64,000 nucleotides of DNA from assembly GCF_964204645.1 (NCBI RefSeq), contig NC_134026.1, positions 28,120,150-28,184,149 on the forward strand, in the 5' to 3' direction. Made by a program: the position numbers and the translations under genes. Origin of the DNA: Tubulanus polymorphus (lineage: Eukaryota; Animalia; Nemertea). Shown here piece by piece: positions 40,162-55,900 of the stretch. The notes under the pieces are model-generated. The model saw only the letters and a list, made by a program, of their open reading frames with translations. It was not told the origin of the DNA and made no database searches. Numbering within the stretch: position 1 is the stretch's first letter; the number at the start of each line of letters is the position of its first letter.

Positions 40162-43100
40162 GTAAGCGTTACGTTTCAATTTTGAATTCAGATTTATTTC
40201 CCAAATATTGTATCTATATGAAAATTGAGCAGAATGTTTCAACATTAGTATGCGATGTATTATGATTAGTGACTGACGAATACGCGATTTCAGAAGTTTT
40301 CACATTCCAATGAAATTCTTGTTACGTGAAAGTTCAGGATATTTCATAATAGCCTTGAATTCTGGATGATGGATACCCTCGAGATATTCATACCAATTGT
40401 TTTGAATATTGTGCTGAACATGTAATGTCTACAATCGAAACGCGTTTTATATTCAAACCTGGAGATTTACAGCGATCAGAATTTTTGCGACAAATAAACA
40501 TTCATTTTTCTTATTTCTTAGAATCGAATGAAATAACGTATGTACATGTGACATGTGTGCAAATAGTAAAGAATAAATAAAGTAGCTTAAGTGATCAAAC
40601 ATAGTACTTAAACACGATTTTTTTCCAATTATCCCGCATTAGATATATCCACATATGTTACCTGCGTACATTTGAATCATACAGCATTGTAGATACGAGC
40701 TTTTGGGTAATTCATCGTTACGACAAACCCTAAAAAGACCATGAAATTGTTAAATGTTTATATTGAATTTCTCAGTCAACAAATCATTATTCCAATCATG
40801 GACTTTCGTTTGAGAGTCCATGATTCAATCTTATTGAAGTAAAAAATGTATAATTGGATGTAGATGGATGCCCCGTCTATAGATTGATCATCGTTGACGG
40901 CTATGTATTCAATTCAGGCATTGTGCATCTGCAAATTCATTTATAACGTATTCTTTGTACGACCAGATGACACACGATTAATGAATATGGCGAACATGAA
41001 ATTATAGGTTATCGAAAAATAATAGAAAAAGAATCAATATCATCGTTTATTGGACAAAACTTGTTAGTGTCAAGATCAGTTTGATATATGAGCAGGTAGA
41101 TAGCTTTTTTCCTAGTTAGTACCAAGGTTGAGCGAGTGCATTCTCGATGAAGTAATAATCTTAGAAGTTGCCAGTTTAGACTAATTATCAGACCGATAAA
41201 TTGAGCAATAAAGTCAGTTCTCGTGGCCATACACGACCCGATTAGGTTTCTGTCAAGCAGATGTATTTAAATGCTGGGTGTAACAGCATTCTACTTCAAT
41301 ATCTCCTCTGTCAATAATTAAACGAAGTTCCAAGGCTTGGAATCGAAACAAACAGTCTCTGTTCTTGGTTTTTCATTGGTTTTTCGTTCAAGGTTTTCGA
41401 AAATGTGCCTGGAATTCTTAGAGGAATGAAATGTATCCATGATGGATGAAATAGCAGAGTATCATCGATGGAATATTGTCGATGTCATGAGTCTTCTTAC
41501 ATGGATAATGACCATGTTTTCTCGTAGGAATAAGTTACTTGGATCTACCAAAAATCAAACAAAATCCAATAGATCGCCATTATCTGTGGAGTGACCATTT
41601 AATTTACCTATTGCCAGTAGCATCGACTAACCGCACTTTATTTCTTCGAATTTGGCTCGTAGACATTATTTTTGTAAAATCTTTTAAAATGAAATGTTTA
41701 TTTACCGCTGGCTACTAGCATCCATGTGTGTGATTTCATTTTCCGAACGATTTCTTTTTGTGAATCTTAGCGATCGAGAAACTTGAACGCGAGTCTCTTG
41801 TGTCTCCAATGAGCCATTCAATTGAAAAACCCTTTCCTAGAGCTACATTTTCTGCCCGACATACTTGGGATCTTATTACAATAACGCAAATCAAAATCTT
41901 ATAATATCTAGATTGTGAAGCACTTTATCCTCGACTCATCGCGAGTCTCAAGCGGTATTGAAAAGCTTTCTTCTCTCATTTACTATGGTAATGAACCCTC
42001 TAGGTGACTGCAGTATGATGACGATTCTGGGGATGGATCCACGTATCATACACGACGGGTATGATCAGTTGATTACGTCTGCATTTAGAACTGAGATGAT
42101 CGAATCACGGTGACGTGATACGCAACGTTACGGCGCTACGAGCAAATGGATGTATTCGTCCGAATTGTCGTTTTATGTGGAATTCATGGTCGTTTACGAA
42201 TTGCCTGAATCATTGTTACGACGTACAGGTATATGATACAAATTTAAACAGCATACTCGACAAAATAATCTGAAAAAAATACGAAGGTATCTATTTCGCA
42301 GTTGGGCCTCGTGTCGTTAAAATGCCATCTACGAACATTCTTGGTAAACATGACAGCATGCCGTTATTTCTTTTATTGGGGTTGACATCATTAGTAAGTC
42401 TACAATCGTCTGCCATGCGAACACAAGAAAACAGAGGAGTTCTGTTCACATCATTGTTGTGACTCGTCTAATTACCGATGAAACGCTTTCAGCAATCTTT
42501 CGAAACAAATCGAAATATCCATAACTTTATAGCCATCAACAGAGAGCAGCATATCTCAATCTTATTTTTGGAAACAATAAATCATGTGCGCGGTTTGTGT
42601 CAATTCCAAACGCTGTAACCGGCTGTTCTTGACATCTAAATCGGTTTCTGGACCTCATATTTTGAAATCTTTTTAGATTGGATTCTTTACAGCATTTTGT
42701 TCACACAGAAGCGTTCTGGGCACTAGAGTGATATATGTGATTTATGAATTCAAAAATGTCAGACTGTTCAGAAATTTCAATTGCTGATAATTTTCTTCTT
42801 TGCGCAGTGGATCTAATTGGATAGCATAACTCGTTTGGTCAGTCCTCGGTCTATCTGCGAAGCCAGTGACCGATATTCGAGCTCCGTCAAATTGGAACAA
42901 TCAGCATAAAATCATTTTAAATTCAAATAAGTAAATTCGATTTGACTTTCCACCGTGTAACGACGAACTTTAGACTAATCTCATTTCCTAGCAAATCCTT
43001 TTCAAGCTAAATTAGATTTAGGTCGACTATTTAGTTGATTTTCTCGACGAATAGACTCACCCTTACACAAGTTCTATCGACGACAAATCGTCAGACAATC

Positions 43101-44918
43101 TAGGTCGAAACGAATCCCGACTGTGCGAAATATGATCAAATTATCGAAGCAGTCACAAACATTTTTATTGCAACAGAAGTTTATGTTGGTTTCACTACAT
43201 ATGCTGTACGCTCAGTTATGGCCATTCATATTAGCTATCATGATCAGTTATAATGGTACCAATTGTTTACATGATCAGGGAGGAATCTTAAAGCACCTCC
43301 CTGGTTTGATCGATGAAAGTATGGACATCAGGTTCTAAATCGCCTATTTGATCGCAGGCAGTTTATGTCAACATCTCATGTTGCACCGGAGTTAGGCATT
43401 ACGGTTGATAAATAATAGGCATTCACTGGTGAATTATTGAGAATCTTACATACAATCACTAAACGCGCTGCACTCTTAAAACAATATTGAACTCGATACG
43501 TCGAGCTAAATCCAATTTGATGTGTAGTGCATCGGTTTTAGTGAATTCGACTCTCAGGTACTCGACCCTCGTGACCGTGGCATTAAAACTAATTCAGCTT
43601 GGATTACGAAAGGCAACTGAGCAGGAATAGGGGATATTAAGTCAGCTTCTATAGCTGCAGGACCATTATCAGGATTTCTACCCGACCCTTAATCCGACTG
43701 AAGAACCTTTTAGTGTTCTTTGCCACAAACTCACACTTCAAAGGCCCGCATTCTTTTACGATGTAACTTATCTCAAACATAAAATTGAGCATTCTTTTTT
43801 TTTTTGTGGAAAGTCAAAAAAGTATTTGAGTCAAAAATTTCATGAAAGAAATATGACTATTGATAAAAGTTTATCATTATTCTAAGATCGTGGTTGTTTT
43901 GAGGACGTTTTCTTCATCACGTAATCCATCAATTGGTGATAACGATAACATTACTGGTAATGTCTGGTATTAACAACCCTCTTACGCTAACCCAAACACA
44001 TTTCATTAGATGTCACCTGATAGACCTACATCCATGTAAATTGGCTTACGTCAGGTAAAGCAAATCTAGAACGAAATTGGATCATCTGCTGCGGTATGGT
44101 TTGAGGGTATCGATGACTCGATGACTACGAGTTAAATTCCTTGGAATTAAATTCCGTTTCATGCAAGATTTTCTGCTCTTTCGAATGATGTTTGTGACAT
44201 ATTTTTCTCCGGTGCAATAAAGAAAATATTGCCCCAATTACTGTTGATAGATATATAACGTCTTTAACCAGGCGTAATTTGCTAGATTGTCGCCATCAAC
44301 ACCAGTTAACCTTGACTTAAGTGAACAATCATTGCAAGACGCCCTAATAAAATTTCATCATGATAAATTGGTTCTATATGTGAGTGTCAGTGACGGTATA
44401 GTACAAGTGTCATCCATCGCTGAAAGACTCGTATCGGTCGTCATTATCATAGGACGACTTATCATTAGCAATGCTCCTTCTTATAAAGGATAAGCACCCG
44501 TACTGTCAATACTTCTCAGCGCAATTATATCTAATTAAGGAGGACTTTCATCTGTATTTGGCAAATCGATAGTTTAAGCAGTTAATGGAATACCCTCGAA
44601 TGAACAGTTTTATCATCAGATTTGAGGAGATTAATTTGAATTAACTAGCATATGGAACCAATCGATTACTCCGCATCTTCTTTCGAAGACTGAAAAGATC
44701 TGAATTTTATTTCACAGATAACATGGACTCATGGTGAACTCTTGTGTGCGTCGTTATTCTAATTTCAAGTTATTCGGCTTCATATGAGCCTGTAATCACG
44801 ACTGAAAACATTTTTGCGAACGACATTTTCTTTAGTTATTTGCGTGCTAGGAGTTAACGATAGCGAGATTATACTCAAATAATGAACATTATCATTTATG
44901 AAAAATAAACAACGTGAG

Positions 44919-45112
44919 CAGGGGCGGAAACGAGGCTTGTGAGGGCAGGGGTTCAGGAGGAAAAAGATTTCCGGTAAAAAATGGGCACAATCCGCTGTTG
45001 ATTGTGAGATGGATAATCTCGCACGTCGGGGGTCCATTGCACTTTTCAAATTTTCCCTAGAGCGTGCGTGAACATTAACACCCCTGAACTCCTCTCCAAT
45101 AAATCCACCCTG
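44919..45112. mobile_element. Degenerate hAT-like MITE
   Basis: CAGGGGCGGA..TCCACCCTG ends with inner AGGGGTTCAG / CCCCTGAACT motifs; no TSD. Confidence 0.5.
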
Positions 45113-48100
45113 GTAAGTAATTTTTTTTTCCTAAGTTAACCTAAAATCCAAAAGCGACGAAGACACCAAACACCGTCTTCTTATACATGTTGAATACTTT
45201 ATCTTTAGCTGAGTCCCATGACAAAGATTTTCTGTGAAATTCTGAATGACGTGTCTTCAAAAGCAGGCGGCAGGCGGTATTTCGAGCTAAGATTTGTAAA
45301 TGCTTGTTGTGGGAGGCTTATAACTGATGTCTGTAATCTATCATAGTTTTAACCAGGGATTAATTTGTACCACGTCCTACAGTGATGTGATGGATAACTA
45401 CGGACAATAAGAATCTAGTCACCATCCTTCCCGTATCAGCTGTGTTGGAGGAAATGCAATTACGAACAGCAATTCTGCGCAAAAATCTGTTTGGTCGCGA
45501 ATAACCACAACTTTTCGTGTAAACAACCTGCCGCTGAGGAGCTGAGTAAAAGTGACATTTTCGCTTCAGTTATACTTCTACTGGGGAAAAACGTTCGACG
45601 ATCATGATTACATTTGACGTAACCAGTCATAAAGTAGGGCATGCGTGTATCTTATATGAAAATAAAATATGTTATGATATGTGATTTTCTCAGAAATCAC
45701 TTCGCTAGAAAGCCATTTTGTTTCAAGTACCACTCAGCCAAAACGAAATAAATGTCAACTAATAATTCGTTCGGTGTTTATTTAGAGTTGGAAATGTCGC
45801 TAAATGTAGAACCACACGATTGATTGCCACGTAACGTTAATGTCTTTCTGCTTTAGTAACATTTCTATTAACTTTCGGTGGATCAAACAACGCCTTAGTG
45901 TCACCATTAATGTTCAACTGTAGCGCACACGCAGATCCGACGCATCTTTTGATGACGTCAACGCGTATAACCAGGCGCCCGCAAATCACAGAATAGTTAC
46001 CTAAAAGCTATACTGAATTAAAGCCATATAATTGCCTCTGAAGGTCGATAAGACCAGGGGGCAGTCGCACAGTGAAAGTTTATACTTTCAAAACCCCGGT
46101 CTGTATCAATCATCGTTCTATTAAATCTTAAACGGAATTAAGACTATTAAGATCTGAGAATCTTTTTGGATTTTAGTTACGACTGTGCAAATATTCTTCT
46201 CGTTCCGACTACGCGCTATAATTTGAAATTTGTTACGTATAAATTCGTTCATTGACAGCGTCTCATAATAACAAATGGATGCTATATATTTCACAATTTA
46301 AGTAATTTGTTTAAATTGCCCTTTTTGACCGCACGTTACCATGGTAATTGCCTCTCATTCCGCCTGCTAGTATGCATTGCTAGGCGGCTAACACAGCGTC
46401 ATCTAATATTACACCAAATCTTCTTTAAGTTTCTGTCTCTATCGTGATATCGCAACGGAAACGTAACCCTATTTTGACGACAATTTTTTATAATCTAACT
46501 CGATTATGACTGGAGCCGCTATTGGGGACCCCTGATGCGTATACCGACATTGATCCATGAATTACACAAATATCATCTGTTATCATCAGCCGTTTTTCTA
46601 CATTAAATCCACCGCGATATGAATTATTTTTGAGGTATGGACTCGATCAATCTTACATCGAGACGAGAATTACATCTGCAATTTATCTGAATTAAACGAA
46701 ATGGATACCTGACACTGATTGGGCAATTTCTTTAATCAAAACTTAGGCTAATTTCGTTTCACATATTCACAATTCAAATTTGTACTTAATATGAATATTT
46801 CACAAGGTTGAAAGCTGCAGAAATAGACATGGTCAGGTTTTAATTTCTTAACACGGGAACATGATGCTTAATTCTAGTGTTGACACTTTTATTAATTTTC
46901 AGATTCTCGCCACTTCAATCGTGTTTCCATGGTTTCTGTCGAAGTCCGGATGATTTTCGCTGTCAATTTCCGTGTCAAAATTATCAAAGGGAATCAAATT
47001 TGAAATTAGAAAAAAAGACAATTTTATCATAACAGATTCGCAAAATATCAGTGTTTTCACGAAATTAACGAGTAACCGCCCAAATCAGGCAATTCGAAAG
47101 GTTGAGCAATAAGGGCGAATATATTTTATAGAATCGACTCAATATGCTTTAATGAAGTAGTCATAATGTATGCTTTGATTTCCAGGATAAATAGTTATTT
47201 TAACAAGATTCTTCTACGGTAGTGTTCATCTATTGCCAATAGAGAAATATTAATGGTATTACAATTACTGATAAGCAATACAACCTTAAACTAGTTACTG
47301 GATACTCGCAAGTATTGATTACAGATTATATACTTATCTAATGGGACTGATCGATATCTCGGAGAAAGTGACAGAAGTAATATTCGATTATTTTCGAAAT
47401 CTGACATCAGGAATCAACGTACCGACAAACGACCGATAAAGCTGACAGTTAAAAGTACATGTATGAGCTTTCGTAAGTAAATCCCCCGGAAGAAACATGT
47501 CTGCGGCGAGAGACTAAAAACCTGTTACATACAAAATATCTTCTCCTTCGTATTGATTGAAAACTTATATAAGAGATCAATAAAGATTACTGATGATGTA
47601 AATATATCAAAATACGACTCCCTTCGGCATTTCCGAAAAACAATAATCGATCAATTTTTTTGTGACCCGTGTAAAATTGAGTTGTAATTCCTTGCTTTCG
47701 GTGGCGGATACCACAAAAAAAGACTTTCTCTGCGCGTATGAATAAGTCGGCTAAAATGTCAGTGGTGCCGAATCCAGCGAGACCTCTTCTTAAAAATCCG
47801 TCTGATCTTTGGTTAATGGATGTCGCTACACTAGGGGAATATCTATGCTCCTCCATTAGTTTCTCGAATATTCCCGTAGGTGTTGCGTTTATTTTACCTG
47901 ATTTTTTGCCTCGCTGATGGTTGTTGCACTTGTGGTGTCAAATTTATTCCGTAACGGAAATCATTCGAAATTTGATGATATAGATCCATTAATCCCCATA
48001 TTTCACCCTATTCTAAATTTTCTATTCTTAGGAATATAGTGAATATGTGAAATATGCGAATAGTGTTTTTAGTACTTAGTTCTTAACAATGAATAGCATA

Positions 48101-51100
48101 TATGTTAACTAATATCTCGTTGGGAAAAGATTGCACCAAATGCACCATTTCTAGATCTTGTGCACAGGACAGGGGATAATAATGCAAGTGCTCGTTCATT
48201 GCAAAATCTCTTGGCATGCACACCAAGCTGGTTTGTACCAGGAACCCCGGGAAACTTACCTGCACATGAGTGGTCTCTGGAAGGATTATTTGGTGCACGA
48301 CCTCAAGTATGGATCGTCCATACTATTTCTACAAACATTTGTTGCACGTATTATTCCCGAAAATCTTAAAATGAATCTGTAGGCGTTAATACGATCTGTT
48401 GCTTTTTTTGTATAAAACGTCAAAAGTTTTCATCAATATGCTCGTGGAAGGAGTAGTGAATGGATCGTATCGTGGAAATGAAATTGCTCGAACGAATGTT
48501 TACAAAAAATGCGTTGGATGTATTTTCATCGCATCTCGACGATAAGGCATATGGTGGTTGCAATTACCAAGTTGATTAATCCAAATTTCTCTCACCACAG
48601 AGAATTCTATCAAACTTCTGTCAGCATTTGATCAGTACCAACATAGAATTGAGTCACAACTTCGAACCAATCGGGGTTATGCATCCAGTACTAGCTGAAA
48701 CGGATATTAGATCTTCCATTGTGTATAGCTTGTCACGCTTTTAACATATCCTTGCATTTTCTATAATCAATGTCACCAGACTAATATATAGATACAGGTG
48801 ACTAAAACAATAACATTGCACCACTAAGCTACCCCAGGTAAGACCATCAAACGAACAATTTCGTCGGAATTAGATTCAATTTGAGAGAACAATTTGATTA
48901 ATCAAAGCGTAGTGAAAATGCGGCATACTACCGAAGCTACGGTGCTCCAGGCAACATTTCATTCTCATAAAATCAGTGGAGTTTCGAGGGTTGTTTTATC
49001 ATGTAATTTGCTGAGCAAATAGTTCAAACAACGAGGTTTTGAATGGTAGTGTTAGTGCTAAGCGCGAAGGAACAGCGAGAATCTACGAAGGAACAATTCT
49101 CCAAAAGTAAGCCACACGCCTTACTCGGGGATGTACCTGGTATTTGAAACAGTAGACGGTGTCAAAAGAACATACCGCATCAGTAATTGTAAATGGCTTT
49201 ATCATATTTCAGTTGGTGAAAATCATAATTTTTATACCGTTTTGATGGCAGGTAACGATGTTGAATATGTTGTATGACAACATATTGAATGTATATATAT
49301 ATATATATATTCTATGTTATGATATTCGCGACGAAAGAAATACATGAAAAAGCAAATTGTCGGACATTATCGTGGTTATTATCAATGGATTACATAATTT
49401 TTTGTATGACGCTTGATGAAATATTTTTTTAAATCCAGGGTAAACTTATCGATAGACAATCATAATGCAGAATTCATTCTACCTGGGCAAATACATTGTG
49501 ATTGCTCAGATGGTTTCGGGAAAGATTTCCTTATCACTGGGAAACATACTAACGCGCGCCATAAGGCATTATTAACTTATACTCAATACGAGGGATTATA
49601 GTCCTAACAACCACAATGTATGCACAGGCTCTCCTTCCGATCCGTTACCAAGCGCAAACATAAATATAGATTCGGCACAGGATGACGACTAGGGTTCTGA
49701 AAGGTGTCCGTGGGTCAAAATTCTAGTGATTTTACAATCTGGAGCTCAGGACAGTTCCTGCATTGGTGATCCTACCGACTATACTCTTTTTTTACATAAT
49801 CGCCTTTAAGTAATAGAGTAATGCTCCTTTTATCGTCCATCATTGTGTAATGGAAAAATTGCCATCGAAATGACGGCATTTTTCCATTCAGAATGGATTT
49901 GCAAAATCAAAGAACGTTAGAAGCAGCAACAATCAAAGACTGTCATCAGACGTAAAACGATTATCTTCTAGAAGCGTCCATTATTCGCGAATGCATGTGA
50001 TCCGTTTTTATACCAGTCATCTGGACGTACTTACTACTTTGCCTTAGGTTTTCATTTGATTATTTGATATAATCAAGTGATAAGAAATACTTCGAACGTT
50101 CTTTCTGTAAACCATACATTGCCTTGTGGCCGTGCTAGTTAGTTCGCCAAAAATTACTTATGAACATTCTGCGACTGGGTATAAAAACGCAAACTTCCAA
50201 CGAAATGACTGAATGAAATCGCTCGTCAAAAAGTCATTCCCTGGAGCGGTCAAACTAATTATCAATATGGTCATTCGTCCATTCGCTGCCTCTTACGGGT
50301 TTGATTCTGCGGCGCCCACAGATACTTACCCAAAACGTCTGTGTGAAGATTGTTTGCCAGGATATCGTATGTCTTTTGATTAAATAAGGATGTGATCGGA
50401 ATTTTCTAGCACAAGACGACAATCAATGCAGGTTCGGCGTTGATGTTGATATTACTACGCTAGCGAACAAGTCATCGAGATTGACTGAAAGTTACATAGA
50501 CTGAATCTGTAACGGACAACCGCGCATTAATGGTGAAATATTTGATTACCGCGATCGTTTTTCCCCGGATTTTTTACCCCAATGGAAAAGGTCTATTCAA
50601 TCAGACCCCATTTTCATCCATGTTCAGATTACGTACACAGTCACCATCATGAGAGGGCATACAACGGCAATACATACGATAGCGTTAACGAATGAGCATC
50701 CCGGGACATAATGAAAATGTAGAGTTATTCGAAGTTGGTAGCGGAGACTTTATGTCTTAAACTTTATGACTTAAAGGGACTTTATCCTGCAAATTTAATC
50801 ATAAAACTTATTAAATGCCTTTGAGAACACGAATCAGTTCGTACATCATTTGATCTTAACTAGGTTCATTGTGATATTATATCGTTTAATAGAGAATCTC
50901 TTGGAAAAACAGCGTACCCAGTGAACTACCATCTCAGGTCCTCGTGGAAGATTCGATTTGAAGTGTAATCCATTGATGTCTAATCGAATTTATGATTAAA
51001 AAAATACTCTTCAAATAGATTCCACAGGTTTTTATAATGAATTCGAACACACATTATAATGCATGGAATTATGGATTTTTGCTCTGTGAACCGTCGATCA

Positions 51101-52482
51101 ACATAAAATCTGATTTTCGCCAAACCATGATCCGTCATCTGGAACTGTCGTAATCGATATAACGGCAGACGATTACGGTACTGTCTCGGTTGTAGTGTCC
51201 CTATTGATGTCGTGGTTGTCCATTAATTGGTGTCTATATATCTGGAATCAATTAACAGATTGAGTACGAATCGCTATCTGCATCTCGTTTGTAAAAGTCG
51301 GTTCTGTGCACATCCCACATAGATCGCAGATTTGTTGCATTCATTAGACACCTTGTAAATGTATTCATCGGATTAATGATAGCAGGGCTTCATTCTGCTT
51401 TTCCGGAAAATATCAAAAGTATTGGGAATAGAGATGATTGTTCTGACTACTTGCAGTCTGCCGTTCTTAACAAATAATTCATAAGCTAATGTATTAGCGA
51501 GTAAAAAAGTACGAATTCACAATACATTCATTAGTAATCGATCCATTTTCATTGTCGATTGATAAGCTAGGGGCATCCATTATTATCCTCAAAGATACGC
51601 TTTGCTTGGTCTTGCATTTTTGGAGCGACGATTTTCAGGATATTGCATTAAGCGAGGATAACGTAATCAAATCCGTTTCATCGTTTATAAATCTTTCATC
51701 TTCCTGATATTGATTTATATTTATTGTGCAGTGAATCTGTCCGGCGAAAGGGAATCCGAGAAACGATAAAAACATCTGAAAATGGATAAATAGGACCCAA
51801 GAGAATTTGTTTTGCCTTTGAACATGAAAATCGTCATGTACCGTGATAGATATATAAATGACGCCGTGTTTGAGACGTGTCTCTGATTCCATCCGCACTC
51901 AACCGACTACAGTCAATACACGGCTTATATATCTGTATATTACCGATGTTCAGAAAAAGAAAACAAATTCAAACTTATTACTAGACACGACCTTTTTCGT
52001 TATCGATTCACTGAATTTCAGGCATACTTTTCGTTTCGGAAGATGAATATTCTGATGAATATTTTTCAAGGTTAATTTCACTTTCGTTTTACGCTTTAAT
52101 TGATGTGGATGAATTTGAATATAATTTCCGTAATAAATTCCGGCGATATTTTGCGCTGTCATATCTCGTGACTTTTCGATCTAAAAGATGCACGCAAATT
52201 AATAGCAATTAAGCCTTATCATCCTAAACCACATTTCTATAGAGTTTGTCAAATGAACGACCTACTAGAATTATATTTATTGAAGGCACGGTGGTTTGAT
52301 TAATCAAATACATCACGCGAAGACTTTCAAACCGATTATTGCGGAATTCACTCGTGTAGCGATGTTTGCAAGATGAGCAACACAAAAGACCGACGAAGCA
52401 CGCAAGTTTTTGGATGTTTGCAGCTCGTCGCTGAAATATTTACATTCATTGGTGGAAACTCGAAACAGAAACCGCGAGTGTT

Positions 52483-52575
<93 letters not shown>

Positions 52576-52964
52576 GGAGGAGGAGGAGAGAGGGAGAGAG
52601 GGAGAGAGGGAGAGAGGGAGAGAGGGAGAGAGGGAGAGAGGAGAGAGGGAGAGAGGGAGAGAGGGAGAGGGAGAGAGGGAGAGAGGGAGAGAGGGAGAGA
52701 GGGGAGAGAGGGAGAGAGGGAGAGAGGGAGAGAGGAGAGAGGAGAGAGGAGAGAGGAGAGAGGGAGAGAGGGAGAGAGGGAGAGAGGGAGAGAGGGAGAG
52801 AGGGAGAGAGGAGAGAGAGAGGAGAGAGAGAGAGAGGGAGAGAGGGAGAGAGGAGGGAGAGGGGAGAGGGAGAGAGGGAGGAGAGGGAGAGAGGGAGAGA
52901 GGGAGAGGGAGAGAGGGAGAGAGGGAGAGAGGGAGAGAGGGAGAGAGGGAGAGAGAGAGGGGAA
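52483..52964. repeat. Polypurine tract: (GA)n grading into (GGGAGAGA)n
   Basis: ~480 bp containing only A and G on the + strand. Confidence 0.98.
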
Positions 52965-55900
52965 CGCAATACCTTGCCCATAGGTACTTCAGACCCTTAC
53001 ATTCCACGGGTTGCTCTGAAACTTATCCTGATTCATGTAATTAAATCAGCTCCTCTGATATTGTTTCAAAAATAACTACTTCCTCCGGAGCGGTCGTTCG
53101 TTCAATGGTAGTATTTATCAGACTTATCGGATATTTAGCACTGTGAGAGAAGGGGAAGGGAGTATTCTATTTCGCTAAACTACGTACATGGAATTAGTAT
53201 TCCAATCTTAAAGGAATACAGTTTTTCCATTCTTGGTCTGTTTCAACTTGGAACAAAGCCCGAACTATTGCATACCGATAGATATCTGTCGATGCCCAGA
53301 AGAATCCGTTAAACCAGAAAATAAATAAACGGGACAGATATTCAACAAAACAATAAGATAACTCGACGTTATTTTGTCATTTGAATATGATGTATCGTAT
53401 ATCTATGAGTTTGGAGCGTAGATTTTCGTAAAACGACTCCATTAGGCAACCCATAAAATAGACCAATCATCATAAACTGGCATTAAGTGTATGGTAATAT
53501 ACAATACCCACAAAAAACTGATTTATGTTCGTTTTTACTTTCATTTATTGCGCCGCTGGTGTATTACCGGGTAATAGGTATTTCACCTTGTTACATGTCC
53601 GTCGCACAGATATAATATCATAACTATGGAAAAACCATAAAAAAGTCAATTGCAATTGTGAATCTAACACTTCAAGCAAATTTCATTTTGTGTAATACCA
53701 ATGAAAGTTTGAATTGCTACATTGCTATATTTGTTTTACTCGCAGTGTGCGATACAGATTCACTTTACGTCATCATGTGCCATCATAAGGATTACGTATC
53801 AGTTACAAATTGTAGGATTAGCTGACGGATAAATCCTATCAACCTTCATTTTTCATCCCCGTCATATTCTCCGTACAGGCGAGGCAGAATCTAAAATATT
53901 CTTATCAACAACAAAACAATCAACTACTTCATGAGGAAATATATTCAAAAAGTAGAATAAAGATTGAAAGAGCACTTGCTCGTATGCAGTTTGGAAATTC
54001 CTTGCGATCAAACGTCGTTATTTTTTCAATCACCCTTTAATCTCACTTTCATTATTTTTTCAAAGCATGTGTCGTGTGATTCTTAAAAAAGTTATAGAAT
54101 TCTATTGTCATTTCAAGTAACAGTAACAGGTCCTATTGAAATCTACTGACATATATTAATAAACAGGTTAGTTCCTCCACATAGCGGGGGGTATTTCATG
54201 TCAAGAACATGTCGTTACACTGTGGTATATCATAATCAAAAATTGAAAATAGTACGTTATTTCGATAGCATGGCCACGGTTAAGGTGCAGCTCTGTAAGG
54301 GAAAATGTCAGTCACTTAGGTTAGATTCCGTGAATTCATCGTATGATACGAAGCACATAAGAGAGGCGTCTCCCGACAGTTGAAAACGGAAGAATTGAGT
54401 GGATGATTTTTATATCCGGGAAATATTCTTTGTCACGTCTCACGGCTAACATCAAGGAACGGCTTTAGGGGGATTAATGGAGTAAAAAAGTGCAGTAAAC
54501 GTCGCCATTAAGGATGTATAAACTATAACTAATGTTCATCGTTCACATTATAAATACATTGATGCAACGGTAGATATATATTCAAACCACACCAAGTATA
54601 TCTCCGGGACTCGTCGACCTTAGCAAAAGATTGAAAAATTGAACGAGGTGGCATCCATTGTAAGATAATTGCAATGTCATCAGTTGGTAAGTATGAATCG
54701 TTAGCAATAGTCATTAGATTCGTTAAATTTACTTTAATTTACGAATGGTCTTGTTGGGAGATTGATTTTGGCCATAATAAAACTCAATGGAAATGAAATT
54801 CAATACCTTCGCTATTGACTTGCCCTTATTCGATTCAGTTCTATTACGGCAGACCTCAAGTAGCTTGGATATATACCACATATAGACGTATCGATACTCC
54901 AGAAGACGGTGAAAGTTGACTTTTATAGATGTTAGTCGTGGATTTTGCAGCCTTATGAGTGATTAATGAAGCGAATAATGTTGCTTTTAATGATTTCGTA
55001 TCTGTAAGGTGGAAGTTTGTGCACGGCTTTAATCTCTATGATTAATGTTCGTGTGCCGGATTTTGACCCACGTAAACCGGAGATTGACTACACGCAGTAT
55101 TAACCGTTTACTAATTCAGCAGGCAATTCTTCATCAGGTGCTTCATTTTAAAGGTTTCTGTGTCTTCTTTTTTCATTTAGAAATAATTGAATTAGTTTTG
55201 TTCTGAGCGATGGGGAAGGTTATAATATTCATAATATGGCCCGATGCAATTCGGTAACAATCTACTGTGTAACCGACAGAAAGTTTAAGTCGAACGATGA
55301 ATATATGATCGTGTGATTATGTGTCATCATCATAAATGCTTAACGACGCGAGTAAGAGATACATAACTTCTGTCGAATGTCACACGATATCCCGTGTCAC
55401 ATATGAGCGCCAACCTAGTTATTACATATGCATCTTTTTAGCTTTTATTAATGGAAATATGATAAGGTAAATCGACCGGCCCCATATCTCCCTATAACAT
55501 GAAGTTTTATGGAGACAACAGTTTACCTGTATCTGCACCAAAATAGTATGCATGTAATAAAGACACTGTGGAGATTGATTTATTTTTGTTATTAGGAAAA
55601 ACATACGATTTCAAATAATGTATGTAGATACGACACGATCTTCATTGGCAGAAATGAATAATTACATGATTTTCATGAAATATTGAGTCCTAGATAGAAC
55701 GTTCCATTTATGAGCAACTCGGCAGCAACTCATTTCATCCCACACTGCTACTCTCTACTCGTTAATAACATATCACCATTTAGTCGGTGGAAGATGTCAA
55801 ATTATTCGCGACTTTTCTGCTAACAACCAGGCGACAAGTGCACGATAACCTGACTATGAAAACACAGTCATTTGCTGATAATAACAGTTCGGGGACTTGT

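Noticed and set aside
52348-53044. ER-rich and SL-rich ORFs
   Set aside because: Translations of the GA-rich repeat.
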